Of a DNA stretch of 64,000 bases, positions 23,020 to 36,221 are shown in pieces. Position numbers and translations under genes: made by a program. The notes below the pieces were generated by a model that saw only the letters and a list, made by a program, of their open reading frames with translations, searched no databases and was not told the DNA's origin. The DNA comes from Mustelus asterias (lineage: Eukaryota), in assembly GCF_964213995.1 (NCBI RefSeq), contig NC_135808.1, positions 24,614,001 to 24,678,000 of the forward strand, read 5' to 3'. The first letter of the stretch is position 1. The number at the start of each line of letters is the position of its first letter.

Positions 23020-23934
23020 TCACAGAGTCATAGAGGTTTACAGCATGGAAACAGGCCCTTCGGTCCAACTTGTCCATGCAGCCCTTATATTTTTTTAAAC
23101 ACCCCGAAACTAATCCCAATTGCCCGCATTTGGCCCATATCCCTCGATGCGCATCGTACCCATGTAACTATCTAAATGCTTTTTAAAAGATAAAATTGCA
23201 CCCACCTCTACTACTATCTCTGGCAGCTTGTTCCAGACACTCCCTATCCTCTGTGTGAAAAAATTGCACCTCCTGGACACTTTTATATCTCTCCCCTCTC
23301 ACCTTAAACCTATGCCCTCGAGTTTTAGACTCCCCGACCTTTGGGAAAAGATATTGCCTCTCTACCTTGTCTATGCCCCTCATTATTTTATAGACCTCTA
23401 TAAGGTCACCCCTTAGCCTCCTACACTCCAGAGAAAAAAGTCCCAGTCTATTCAGCCCCTCCTCATAACTCAATCCATCAAGTCCCGGTACCATCCTAGT
23501 AAATCTTTTCGGCACTCTTTCTAGTTTAATAATATCCTTTCTATAATAGGGTCACCAGAATTGCATACAGCATTCCAAGTGTGGCCTTACCAATTCCTTG
23601 TACAACTTCAACAAGACGTCCCAACTCCGTATTCAATGTTCTGACCAATGAAACCAAGCATGCCGAACGCCTTCTTCACCACTCTGTCCACCTGTGACTC
23701 CACTTTCAAGGAGCTATGAACATGTACCCCTAGATCTCTTTGTTCTGTAACTCTCCCCAATGCCCGACCATTAACTGAGTAACTGCTGCCCTGGTTCAAT
23801 CTACCAAAATGCATCACCTCGCAGTTGTCTAAATTAAACTCCATCTGCCATTTGTCAGCCCACTGGCCCAATTGATCAAGATCCCGCTGCAATTGGAGAT
23901 AACCTTCCTCACTGTCCACCATGCCACCAATCTT
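23020..23934 (-). mobile_element. CR1 LINE, duplicate of 4225-5137
   Basis: Same breakpoints and same ORFs. Confidence 0.92.
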
Positions 23935-24746
23935 GGTCTGATGGGTTTTGCTCGTGTTTGGGGTTTAGCTGGTGTTTGGAGGTCTGATGGAATTTGCTGC
24001 TGGTGTGTGGTTGGAATGTTGAAGGATAGAATATTTATGACTGAGAGCGAGGCCATTCAGCCCATCATATCCCTTCCTGTTCATGAAGAACTCTCCTGCT
24101 TAATCTCACCTCCTGTACTCGATCTGTAGCTCTGTCGATCACAGCTCTTCATATCGACGTCCAAGAATTGATTCAATGTGGTGAGAGTTTCTGCCTCTAC
24201 CATCCTTTCAGACAGTGCTTCAGCTGTCGTCTGTCTGGTGTTGTTACAATTCTAGCAAAGCCATTCTGCTGTCTGTCTCAACTGATGAAAGAAAAGCATG
24301 TTATGTACCTTCTTTACCATGTAATTAACATGTCCTGAAAACTTTCCCAATCTGTGGACATGCACTCCTGGATCCCTCTGTTCCTCCACATTACTCATTA
24401 TCCTCCCAGTTATTAGGGATTCCCTTTGCCTTGTTCATCCTCCCGAAATCCATCACGCCTCACTGCTCCGGACTGAATTCCATTTTCCAATGTTCTTCCC
24501 AACTGCCCAGGCCATCTCTATCTTCCTGCAATCTGAAGCTTTCCTCTTCACTGACACCCACACAGATAATATTTGTACCTCTGTAAACTTCTTTATCATT
24601 CCTGCTGCATTTGAATCTAAATGATTCACATGAACTACAAAAAGTGAGGGTGTGAGTGCTGGGTTCTGTGGAACCCCCACTGGTAACAAGAAGTCTTGTT
24701 TAGGTCTGAGAAGTCTCACAACATCAGGTTAACATCCAATTCGGAA

Positions 24747-24783
24747 TCACGAGCTTTCGGAGAACTGCTCCTTCGTCAGATGA
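24747..24783 (-). ncRNA. Minimal hammerhead motif, duplicate of 5959-5995
   Basis: Identical core sequence. Confidence 0.75.
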
Positions 24784-27700
24784 GTGATGGTCAGTCCAAC
24801 GCCGGCATCTCCACATCATGGACATCATTCTAGTCGCAATCAACCCCTTACCCCTTTGCTTCCTGCCACTGAGCTAATTTGGGGTCTGATTTGTCAATGT
24901 CTCTTGGATCTCGATGAGTTTTACATTTCTGACCAGCCTGCCATGTGGGACCTTGTCCAAAGCATTATTAAAATGCATGTTGACCTTGTCCACCTCACTG
25001 CCCTCATCAACCCTCCTTCTCACCTCTTCCAAATTTTCAGTCAGAAAGCTTGAGATGAGCTCCCCTTAAATCCACGCTAACTTTCCTCGACTAATCTGTG
25101 CCTTTCTCAATGAAGGTTTGTACCGTTCCTCATAATTGGTTCCAACAATGTTCCCACTGCCGAAGTTACACTAACTGGTGTATAATTACTCAGATTGCCC
25201 CTTCTCTTTTCAATCCATGGTATAATGTTGGCAGTCATTTAATCTTCTTCCACACTCCTGCAGCCCGGGAGGAATGATTCTGATGATCAGAGCCTCTGCA
25301 ATTCCCTCCTTTGCTTCTTTTAACCCGGTGATTTACCATCTTTCAAAGTTATAAAATCCCTGAATACATCATCTCTTACAATGTTTATCTGATGCAGTAA
25401 TTCACACACTTCTTCTTTAAGTGCAATGTCAGCATTGCTCCCTGTTTCCCAAAGACAGTGGCAATGTATTTATTCACAACCTCAACACGTTCTCCCTCCT
25501 CTCTCACAGACTATCTTATTGGTCTCCACCAGGCCTTACTCTTTCCTTATCCTTTTCTCTTCAGGGACTGATAGAACATCCTTGGAGGTTCCTTGATTTT
25601 TCTTGCCAGTATTTTGTCGTGCCCCCTCTCCTTTCCCAGTATTCCTCTCTCAGTATCTCTTCCAGGTTTCTGCATTATTAGGCGTGAGGGGTCTGATGGA
25701 TTTTGCTGCTGTTTTTTGTGGAGGTCTGATGGGTTTTGTTGGGTGTGTTCCAGCTCTGCTGGCTTTGCCTCAGTTTTTCTTTCTCATCCCCAGTGCCCTC
25801 CAGTGCATTCCAGGGTTTGTAATCCAGGAACACCAGTTCCCAAGAACAGCAGCAGGAGAGGATGAGAGAATGAGGGAAGATGTGATTTCATCAAGGTGAC
25901 AGCGACCGACTGATTCAAGCTCCACATTTGTGATTCCGTTTAAATGGAACTGTGATGATGGTTTGGAAGTAATTGCTATATCTGGAGCTGCACTTTCTGA
26001 GCTATTCCGATCTGAGCTGTTTATTCTGCACAGACACAAGAGGGCGATCTTATGAAAAAAAATTCTCTGTCCAGAAAGAGCATGAAAGCGGGAGAGTTTC
26101 TGACCCGTCTTTCAGGCGAATCCAAATCTACGATCTTATGCACTTGTTTCTCACCCTTGTAGGGGGGAGGGGGCAGGTCTTAAATAACCAGAATGCTGCC
26201 TGAAAGCAGCAGAGGACACCATTGCGCATGTGCAGGTCCCTCTGCTCTGAGCGACAGAGAGACCTGTCACTCAGCCTCTGCTGCTTTCACCAGACCTCCA
26301 TAGCCTAAACACGGACCTCCCCAGCTGCCTAATGCAACCCTTGATGGTCGGACCAATTGACCCCGCGACACCCTACATGCCCGGACAGACAAAACCGCGC
26401 CTCTGGGACAGATTGAACCCCGTGACCCCCCCCCCCCCCCCCAATTCGGACCAACTTTCCCTGTCCATCCCACCACCGATCGCAATGCAGTAGCCCCCGC
26501 TACTTCTCTCACTGATGGCAAATACTTAGTGGCAGTAGCCCCCCCACACCCCAAATTGCAAATGCATAGCGTGCAGCGCCCCGCCCCCCCCGCCCCCATC
26601 ACAGGTTGGTCCCACCCCAGTAGAGCCCCCCTCCAAATAATCAGGCTCCACACCCTTCCCACTCCCACTGTCTGGTGGGCACTTCCAAGATACCAGGCTG
26701 GCACAGTCCGCAAGGCACTCCCCCCAACCTCTCGGGGTGGCTTCAATGGCATCTGGATCCACGAGCGAGGCATCAGGTCTGGTCCCTGTTGTGATTCTCG
26801 CTGGAGTGAACCTCTCCCGTGAGGCCACAGAGACGAGAGCCCAGATGATTGCGCCGCGGGCTCGCTCATTTTGTTCATAACAGGTTTTAAATGTACTCAA
26901 GTATTTGATTCAGCCTCGCGCCGCAATGTGTGAGAAATCGGGTGCGAATCTCATATGTATTGAACTCATGAATTCCAATATCTTCTGCCCTTTCCTGATT
27001 TTTTCTTTTAATGTCTGTTATTCATTAGTGAGTGTGTTTATGTCACATCCCCTCTTCCCAAGCACTCTGTCTGGGGAAATAACAAACATCATTGAAATAT
27101 CAGAGCCTTTGTATCAAACTGTCACCGCGATCTGACATTTGGAGCTGCAGATAAGTTTCCAATTCTTGTCACTGTTGGAAATATAGTTACACTTTGCAAT
27201 ATTGGACACAATTGTTACCTGTGTGTGTGTGTTTTATTAAAACAACAGAAAAGGTTTATTCTGCTTGGAGCTGAATGGGTTAATTCTAAATTAGAACACG
27301 TTCGGTGAAGGAATTCATTGTCACCGCGATTTTAAAAAGAGACTGGGTTACAATGTTCTCAGAGTAATGGCGGTTTCAGCAGAACAAAGATATTTCTTCA
27401 TGTCTTGTGGATTCACCATTTCAAACTGGATACTTCCGAATAAAAACCTTGGAGAAAAATGGATTAGAAGATAACGTGCCAAATGTTCCCCAGGGTGATT
27501 TTTATGAAGATTTTAAACACAAGAATAATCCATGAGCAATCGCCTTAAATTCAGCTCCTGAATTTGAAGTTACACCATCAAAGCTTAAAAAAAACGACCC
27601 CACTCTGACAGATGTGAATTTGTATCTGGATTAGAAATCCCGCATGTTTCACCCGTTTCAACAGAGTTTCATTGTAGCGGCAACAAGCTCCCAGTTTAAA

Positions 27701-30700
27701 AACTTTTAAACTGTTCTCCCCCTTTAGACCTAACCATTTTCAGGAAAAAACATCAGAGTTGGAGCTGGTCTGAAGGAACAGCAATGCAGAGCATTCACAC
27801 AGCCTTTCCTCATTCACTGACAGGGAGTTTGCACGCACACATCTGTACACACAATTCTTTCTCACATCACTTCAAGTTTCACTCTGGATCTTTTCAACAT
27901 TAAAAACGTGTCTTTAAAAAGGGGGTAAAATAAATTCCATCACATCTTCTTTCTTCACTCATGTCTGTTGTTGAAATTAAGGGAAAACCGCGTTTCACAA
28001 ATAACAGAAAAGGAAACATTGAAGATTGTTACATTGAAACAACAGAGGGCGGAATTTCCAACAGACTGTGTTTCAATTCCAAAACTTATACAAACATCTT
28101 CAACTTGAAAATTATCATACAATGGGCTAAATAGCCTCTGTCAACACCAGAACAATTCTGTAACTCCAAATGTCAAGGTGAGATAGTTAGCTTCACGAAT
28201 GTTAGAGATGGCCATTGTCTGGCACTTGTGGGTGTGAATGTAATCTTCCACATATCAGCCAAAGCCTGAATTTTGTTCACCTCTTGCATCACATAGAATC
28301 CACAGAATTCCTACAGTGCAGAAGGAGGCCATTTAGCTCATCACCTCCATGTTGATTCTCCAAAAGTGCATCTTATCCAAACTGACAGTTAGCTAAGGCT
28401 GTAATCGAATCTGGGTCCTTGGTGCTGTGAGGCAGCAGCGCTAACTACTGTGCCACCGTGTCACCCACATGGACACAGGTTGTTTCACATCCTTTAGATC
28501 TGTGCACAGAATGGAGGAATATTCATAAAGTAAAAGGAACAGTTGTTTGTTTACAAGTCAGAATATCTCTGACCATAAACAACCCAGTTGTTCACACAGT
28601 ATTTTAAACTTTGTGAGTTTCTTTAATTTCTTTTTTCTCATCTGCTTCTGATATTCCACCAACCAGACATCAACAGCCCATTTCTGAGAAGCAGCGAGAT
28701 CCATTTCTTCATCCTGATTCAATAATCTAATCTTTGGTCTCACATCTCCGTGATCTCTCACTATTCGTTTCTTCCTGTCGACTTTCTCCCAAACATTCCA
28801 ATTTCCCGACTCTGATCCAAGCATCAAATCTCTAAATACTGTTTCTTTGTGCACCATTTTACCTTTCAATTTAACTCTGCCCGATCAACTCTTCACTTTT
28901 TCAAATCAATTCATTCCCGAACAAACATAGTAACCTTTCAAACAGGACTGGACAGCCTGCTCACCTTTTCCTCATAAAACAAATCCCAATCATTCCAAAT
29001 AAACATTCTCTGTACATCTGCCAGAAAAACACTGACACAAATTACAGGTGTGGTGTTAACAATGGTGTGTACATTTGTCACAAGGCTGATTTATTCTGTT
29101 CTGTAATCCCTTTACAATAAAGACCAAAGTACCATTTGCTTTCCTGGTTGTGCACATTGCTGCCTCACAGCACCAGGGACCCGGGTCCAATCCGGGTTTG
29201 CATGACTCTATGTGGAGTTTGCACATTCTCCCTCTATGATTCTACCTGGAGGAGTTTCTGTGTTCCTTGTAGAGTACATACAAGTGTCTCATTTTCAAAG
29301 AAGTGTTCTACTTTTCCATCCTTGCTCGCAAAGTTGAATAGCCCCCACAGCTGTGTCCTCTGCCACATACAAGCAGTTTGAGTGCTTTCCAACTGTGTGA
29401 AACAGGAAGCCACATTTCAACTCAAAGACACAGTCATTATGCCATGTGCATTCACTGTACCCACAGACAAAACTGTTTGACTTCATTTCACCTGAATTAA
29501 TAAGTAAATACATGTGCCCTGGTGTCAGAAATACCCTGACACAGAATCAGTTATGGGCAGCACGATGGCAAGTGGTTAGCACTGCTGCCTCATTGCACAA
29601 GGGCCCCGGATTCAATGCCGGCTTCGGGTCACTGTCTGTGCGGAGTTTGCATGTTCTCCCCGTATCTGCGTGTATTTCCTCCGGGTGCTCCGGTTTCCTC
29701 CCACAGTCTGAAAGACGTGCTGCTCAGGTGCATTGGCCATGCTAAATTCTCCCTCAGTGTACCCGAACATGCACCGCAGTGTGGCAACTAGGGGATTTTC
29801 ACTGTAACTTCATTGCAGTGTTAATGTAAGCGTACTTGTGACTAATAAATAACTTTAAAATAAACTTTAAAAAACATTTCAAATCTGCAGATATTTCAAC
29901 AGATCAGAGAGGCTGAGTGTGAGATTAATACTGTGCTTGTCTCCGAAACAATATCACAAAGAGATGAGACTGCCTCTTCGATAGAACTTTTTTAGGTAAG
30001 AAACAGCCTTTACAAGGTTTCCTGGAACCAATACTTTGTTTGATAATCTGTGCCTCACAGCCAAGACTCACTCTGACTCTGTCCCTCACTCTGCCCTCTC
30101 TTTATTTCTCCCTTGCGCGGTGGAGCAAAGTGGGACACTCTCAGTGAAGGCTGGACTCGCTTCAATGTACAGGTCTACTGGCAGGCTGGTTTAGCAAAGT
30201 GACATCCGTACGGACCAGTAGAAATGCGCAGAAGGCCATATTGTGTTGGCAGGAGACACAGTGTGGCCCCCACATCCACCCACATTACACTCCATCTGCC
30301 ACCTTGCAGCCCATTTGATTAACTTCTCCACATCACTTTGCAGCTCTCTCCATGTCCTCCATACAGTTTGCGTTTCATAGAAACAGAGAGAAGAGAAACA
30401 GGAGTAGGACATTCGGCCCTTCAATCCTGCTCTGCCATTCATTATTATCATGGCTGATCTTCCAACTTAATAGCCTGATCCAGTCTCCCCCATTGATCCC
30501 CTTCACCCCTCCTTCTTGAAAATAAACAATGTTTTGGCCTCAATTGCTTGTTGTGGTAATGAATTCCACAGGCTTACCGCTATCTGGGTGAAGATATTTC
30601 TCTTCATCTCAGTCCTCAATGGTTTACCCTTTATCTTTAGAGGACAACCCATGGTTCTGGACTCCCCCACCATCCTTCCTGCACCTGCTCTGTCTCTTTC

Positions 30701-30765
30701 TGTTACAATTTTATAGGTTTCTATGAGATGCCCCTCATTCTTCTAAACTCTAACAAATACAAGCC

Positions 30766-31592
30766 TGTTATGGTTGAGGTCAGAAACTAGAAAGGGTTTT
30801 ATGGAGCTCGCCTGGATCATAAGTTTTGCATCATCAATTTGGCTCGGAATAACATGATAGGCTTCCCTTCAGATATGATTCAAATGACCCACTAGGGAGC
30901 TTTTATCAAACAAAGTTTATTTAAGAATATAGTTAATCTGTACAGTCAGAAAAGTAGCAAGAACTCTTATCAATTACAAACAAGAAACAAAACAACCGCT
31001 ATAATGTATAATCCTCAACAAATATATCTAATGTGTTCCAATCAAACCAATCCCGTAGACAAAATACCCTGTTCACGGGGTTAACACAGCACAGTCTAAT
31101 GCTCATGTGATACTGGACTTGAGTCCTTTGGATGAAGTCTGCAGTTCCCTGGATAGACTCAGAACAGTTTGGAGTCTGAACAGCTTCCACAAACACCAGG
31201 GACTCTCGGCAAGCCACCAACAGCACATTTCTCCCCTTCAGAATTTCCAAAACCAGGGAGAGAGAGAGAGAGAGAGACTTTCAGCTTGCTGCCCCTTCTG
31301 AAACTCAACTCTAACTGCAGCCAAACAGAAAATGAAACCTTAAACTCACTGATAGAAAAACTGTCCAAAAACACATGACCATCCTCCTAGCAATGCAGGG
31401 TCACAAAACAACCCAGAGTTAAAATAGACAGATCCCATTTAAACAATTGAAGTAGCACTAAAAGGACATCTCCAATCAAACCAGCAGCAAATGACATTAC
31501 CTGAGGTTGTGAGCTGAGAAAATATTGAAGCTGTGAGAGTTGCAGAGATCATGATTTTTAAAAAACTTTCTCAAAAGTACACTGACGTCACA
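30766..31592 (-). mobile_element. Probable solo LTR inserted in a CR1 remnant
   Basis: TGTTA...TCACA ends, flanks agcc/atcc (4-bp TSD with one mismatch), AATAAA on the minus strand near 30920; empty-site-like sequence at ~50150-50180. Confidence 0.65.
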
Positions 31593-32202
31593 ATCCCAAC
31601 CAACTCAATCTCTCCTTATTTCCTATCTTTGTAGCTGCTCCAAATTTAGATCCATCACATTCTGTCTCTTCATCTGAGTCACACATAAAGATTGTAAATG
31701 ACTGATTTTCCCAGCACTGATCTCGTGACACTCCACTCGTCACAGTCGGCCAACTTGTAAATGCCCCATTTATGCCAAATCAATGTTTCCTGTCCATGAG
31801 CCAATCCTCTATTAATGCAAATACATTGCCCTCAACTCCTGGTCTTGGAGGGGGTGCAGTTCTGATCACCAGAATAATAAAAGGAGGTTAAATAAAAGGG
31901 GTTTTTATTCCCCAGCTTTTAGAATGTTGATGGGTGATCTGATCGATCTGTTTAGAATGCTAAAATAATTCAGCAGTGTGGAATCCACATCCAGTCTCTC
32001 CACAATAAAAAGTTAACAATTGGAGCTTTTCAATCTCAGAGTGACAGATTTTTATTGGGTAATGATATCTGAGGATATGGTTTATAGTCAGAAACTGGGG
32101 TCCAGATCTGCAGTGATTTCACTGAATGGTTCGCTCAGACCTGCTGCTGTTCTTAATGTCCTTCCCTCTGTCACTGGATCAAACTCCTTTCAGCTGATTC
32201 TA

Positions 32203-32334
32203 CCCGGCAACTGATGATGTCAGCAGCTGTATTTACCTGATTGGACAGTTCTCAACATTGAGGCACTCTCTCACCCTGTTTGTGTCTATTCCGCCGGAGA
32301 CTGATGACTCACTGAATCTCTTTATTCTGATTGG
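32203..32334 (+). promoter_or_regulatory. Two tandem X-Y modules in the gene C promoter
   Basis: Distal: CCCGGCAACTGATG-ATGTCA (32203-32222) then CTGATTGG (32237). Proximal: CACCCTG, GCCGGAGACTGATGACTCA (32293-32311), CTGATTGG (32327). Both have 20-bp X1-to-Y spacing. Confidence 0.8.
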
Positions 32335-33673
32335 TTCAGTCCTATTTTGTGTCCAATCAGATTGAGGCTCAGTGTAAACAGGGAAAGGCAGAAGGAGTGA
32401 GTTGAGCAAATGGCCTTTCTTTGAAAAAGAGTTTCCTCCAAATGTTTCCCCCAACATGAGGGAAGCAGCAATGATTGGACTGATAGAGCTGGTCCTTCTG
32501 TGTGGAGAGGTGTCTGCAGGTGAGTGATGGGGTGTGAGAGGGGCAATGCCAGGCTGGGTACTGGGGCATTAACCCTGGGTCAGTGAGTGATGGGGTGTGA
32601 GAGGGGCAATGCCAGGCTGGGTACTGGGACATTAACCCTGGGTCAGTGAGTGATGGGGTTTCAAAGGGGCAATGCCAGGCTGTGTGGAGGCCTTGCTCTC
32701 GGTTTGGAATCAGTGTTTTGGGGTTCATGCCCTGATCTCTGTGTGTGTGTGTGTGTGTGTGTGAGGGTGTTGGTGTTTTTAGGGTGTCTATCCTGAATTC
32801 TCTCTCTCTCTATTTCAGGCTCTCACTCTCTCCGGTATTTCCTCACGGGAATGACTCCGATCCCGGGTTTCCCGGAGTTTGTGGCTGTCGGTTATGTGGA
32901 CGGTGTCCAGTTTGTTGTGTACGTCAGCGATCGGAGGGAGCTGATCCCCCGGGAGCAGTGGATGGTGGAGAGCGAGGGGCTCGAGTCCTGGGAACAGAAG
33001 AAGAAGCTCACACAGGAAGGGGAGCGATGTCTCAAAGATAATATTCAGACCCTCATGTATCGAACCAACCAGTCGGGAGGTGAGTCTTCAAACTCCCAGC
33101 ACTCAGCCTCTTTCTCAGGATGCAGGGCGTATGGGTCAGAGTGGGAGAAACTGGGAGCGGATCAGGATCTGGGACTGGGGGCTGAGGTTGTGCATGAGCT
33201 CTGTCAGGTCTGTTGGTCAATTGAATCTGATTGTGTGTGTTTGGTGGTTTTCCCTCTAGTTGGATTGGGCCGGATTGGCTGTGTGTGTGTGTGTGGTGGC
33301 TGGACCTCCAGTGGGAACGGATCTGTTTGGGTGGGTTCATGGTGAGTGCAGCTTTTATTGGGACTGGCCCTGATTGGCAGGTTATCTTTCTAATCCACAG
33401 GGATCCACATACACCAGCTGATGACTGGCTGTGACCTGAGTGATGATGGGAATACGACTGGATTCAACCAGTATGGGTGGGACGGACTAGATTTCATCAG
33501 TTTTGATAAGGATCTTCTGGTGTGGGTGACCCCCGTCCCTTGGGGAGAGATCATCAAACAAAAGTGGGAGGGCAGCACGGGCATTAACCAGCGATGGAAA
33601 CGTTACCTGGAGGTGGAGTGTATCGAGTGGCTGAGGAAATATCTGGAGGACGGACAAAAATTACTGAGAGTCG

Positions 33674-34410
33674 GTGAGTGAGGGCGGGAGTGAGAGTCGG
33701 TGAGTGAGGGGGGAGTGAGAGTCGGTGAGTGAGGGGGGAGTGAGAGTCGGTGAGTGAGAGTCGGTGAGTGAGGGGGAAGTGAGAGTGAGGGAGGAGTGAG
33801 AGCCAGTGAGTGAGGGGGGAGTGAGAGTCGGTGAGTGAGGGGGGAGTGAGAGTCGGTGAGTGAGGGGGGACTGAGAGTCGGTGAGTGAGGGGGCACTGAG
33901 AGTCGGTGAGTGAGGGGGGACTGAGAGTCGGTGAGTGAGGGGGGAGTGAGAGTCGGTGAGTGAGGGGGGAGTGAGAGTCGGTGAGTGAGGGGGGAGTGAG
34001 AGACGGTGAGTGAGGGGGGAGTGAGAGATGGTGAGTGAGGGGGGAGTGAGAGTCGGTGAGTGAGGAGGGGAGTGAGAGTCGGTGAGTGAGGGGGGGAGTG
34101 AGAGTCGGTGAGTGAGGGGAGTGAGAATCAGTGAGTGGTGGGGAGTGAGAGTCGGTGAGTGAGGGGGGAGTGAGAGTCGGTGAGTGAGGGGGGAGTGAGA
34201 GTCGGTGAGTGAGGAGGGAGTGAGAGTCGGTGAGTGAGGAGGGAGTGAGAGTCGGTGAGTAAGGGGGGAGTGAGAGTCGGTGAGTGAGGGGGGAGTGAGA
34301 GACGGTGAGTGAGGGGGGAGTGAGAGTCGGTGAGTGAGGGGGGAGTGAGAGTCGGTGAGTGAGGGGGGAGTGAGTGTCGGTGAGTGAGGGGGGAGTGAGA
34401 GTCGGTGAAG
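33674..34410 (+). repeat. 25-bp splice-donor minisatellite in intron 3 of gene C
   Basis: Regular tandem units filling almost all of the 801-bp intron. Confidence 0.95.
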
Positions 34411-36221
34411 GGGGTGATGCCGGGACTCTCTATCTCGAGGTTCCTGTACTGACTCCTCTTTCTTTCTCTCTCAGTTGCCCCCGTCGTGTCCTTTACCCGT
34501 CTGGGTGATTCTAACCGGCTGCCCTGTGTCGTCACCGGGTTTTACCCTCAAGCCATCGAGGTGAATCTGTGGAGAGATGGAGTGATGATTGCTGAGACTC
34601 TGTTTAGTGGGATCTTACCCAATGAAGACAGCACCTCCAGATCTGAAAATGGATCGAGTTTGATCCAGAGGACCAGGCCGAGTATTCCTGTCGGGTGGAA
34701 CACAGCGGGATGAAGGAGACACTGGTGGTGATTTACGGTAAGACTGTTTCTCACTGTTAGAGAGGACCCAGCCTCAGACCAGGATCACAGGAGTGAGGGT
34801 CAGTGCTGAGCTGTCAGCTGAGGACAGGGCTGTGAGGCCCAGTGATTAGCGCTGCTGCCTCACAGCGCCAGGGATCCGGGTTCAATTCCAGCCCCGGGTC
34901 GCTGTCTGTGTGGAGTTTGCACATTCTCCCCGTGCCTGCATGGGTTTCCTCTCGGTTCTCCGGTTCCTCTCGCAGTCCAAAGATGTGCAGGTTCGGTAGA
35001 GTGGCCATGCTAAATTGCCTGTTAGTGTCAGGGGGATTAGCAGGGTAAACACATGGGTCACGTGGATAGAGCCTGGGTGGGATTGTTGTTGGTGCAGGCT
35101 CGATGGGCTGAATGGCATCTTTCTTTCTGTACTGAATGGATTCTATATTTCTCTGATTCTCTGACAGCCTGAGGCCCAGGACACAGAGCGAGGGAAAGAT
35201 ATCTTAATCTTCAATACATTATATACCATGGTGCTACCATTCGGGGACAGGAATTGGGATTACTGGGATTTTACTGTGCCACAGGCCCCATTGTCTCCTG
35301 AGATATTATCGTACGAATGGGCCCAGTTTATCCTGGGATATTACAATATGGCAGGACCCAGTGAATCCTGTGTTACAGGCGGTGGGGGGTTGTCAGTATA
35401 AACTGCCCTGATTTCCCCCCTCACGACTCGTCCACTAACAGTAAGTTTTTAAAAAAATTCTGAGCTCCCTCTTTATAAATGGTGGCATCTTTTCCCCAAC
35501 CCATAAATTTGGAGTGTTCCTATTCTCTGTGAATAACTTGCACAGTAAACCTGAGGTAAGATGAAAATACACACATGAGAAAAGTTTCACAAAATTGACC
35601 CCTCTGCACTCACACAGTGAACGGGGAAGGAAGAGGGTTCAGGGCCCGATCACAATAAAAAAAATGCGAGGGTTTTACATGTGTCCAGAATGAGCAGTCT
35701 AATGGAAGGTTTCTTTCAAGGGGAGGTTGATGGATTAGAGGGTGGTCCACCTGCAGTGACTTTAACAAGGCCCACGATGTGGACCTCTTAGAATACTCGC
35801 TCCCAAATTAAGCCAGTAATGGATTGTCCAATCAGGGAGCCCTGTATGTGTACATAATGTGGAGTGTCAGCGTTACTCGCACTCTGGGTTTAAAGTTTGA
35901 AGTTTATTTATTAGTGGTACAAGGAGGCTTACATTAACACTGCAATGAAGTTACTGTGAAAATCTCCTGGTCACCACATTCCGGCACCTGTTCGGGTATC
36001 CTGAGGGAGAATTTAGCATTACTAATGCACCTAACCAGCACAACCTTTGGACTGTGGGAGGAAACCCACACAGACACGGGGAGAATGTGCAAACTCCACA
36101 CAGACAGTGACCCAAGCGGTAATTGAACCCAGGTCCCTGGTGCTGTTAGGCAGCAGTGCTAACCACTGTGCCACCAGTATGAGGAAGTACCTGTCTGAGA
36201 GTTGCTTACTTTGTTGCTTAC

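Larger units (their letters stand above)
20135..24000. repeat. ~28-bp satellite downstream of gene B (20135-20497, 22588-23018, 23935-24000), split by two CR1 insertions
   Basis: Same unit as 3235-4224. Confidence 0.93.
16965..28930 (+). repeat. Recent segmental duplicate of 1-~10580 (unit B versus unit A)
   Basis: Position 1 aligns to 16965; near-identical sequence including shared TE insertions, differing by unit-specific CR1 copies. Confidence 0.93.

Noticed and set aside
28558-28869. 103-aa minus-strand ORF also partly open at 10200-10406
   Set aside because: Spacing of HG...AVDVW..YQK matches CR1 RT (QHGF...[11 protein letters not shown]); best read as an old LINE remnant kept by recent duplication.
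29555-29630. tRNA-like sequences
   Set aside because: These are SINE heads followed by the SINE body; no complete cloverleaf.
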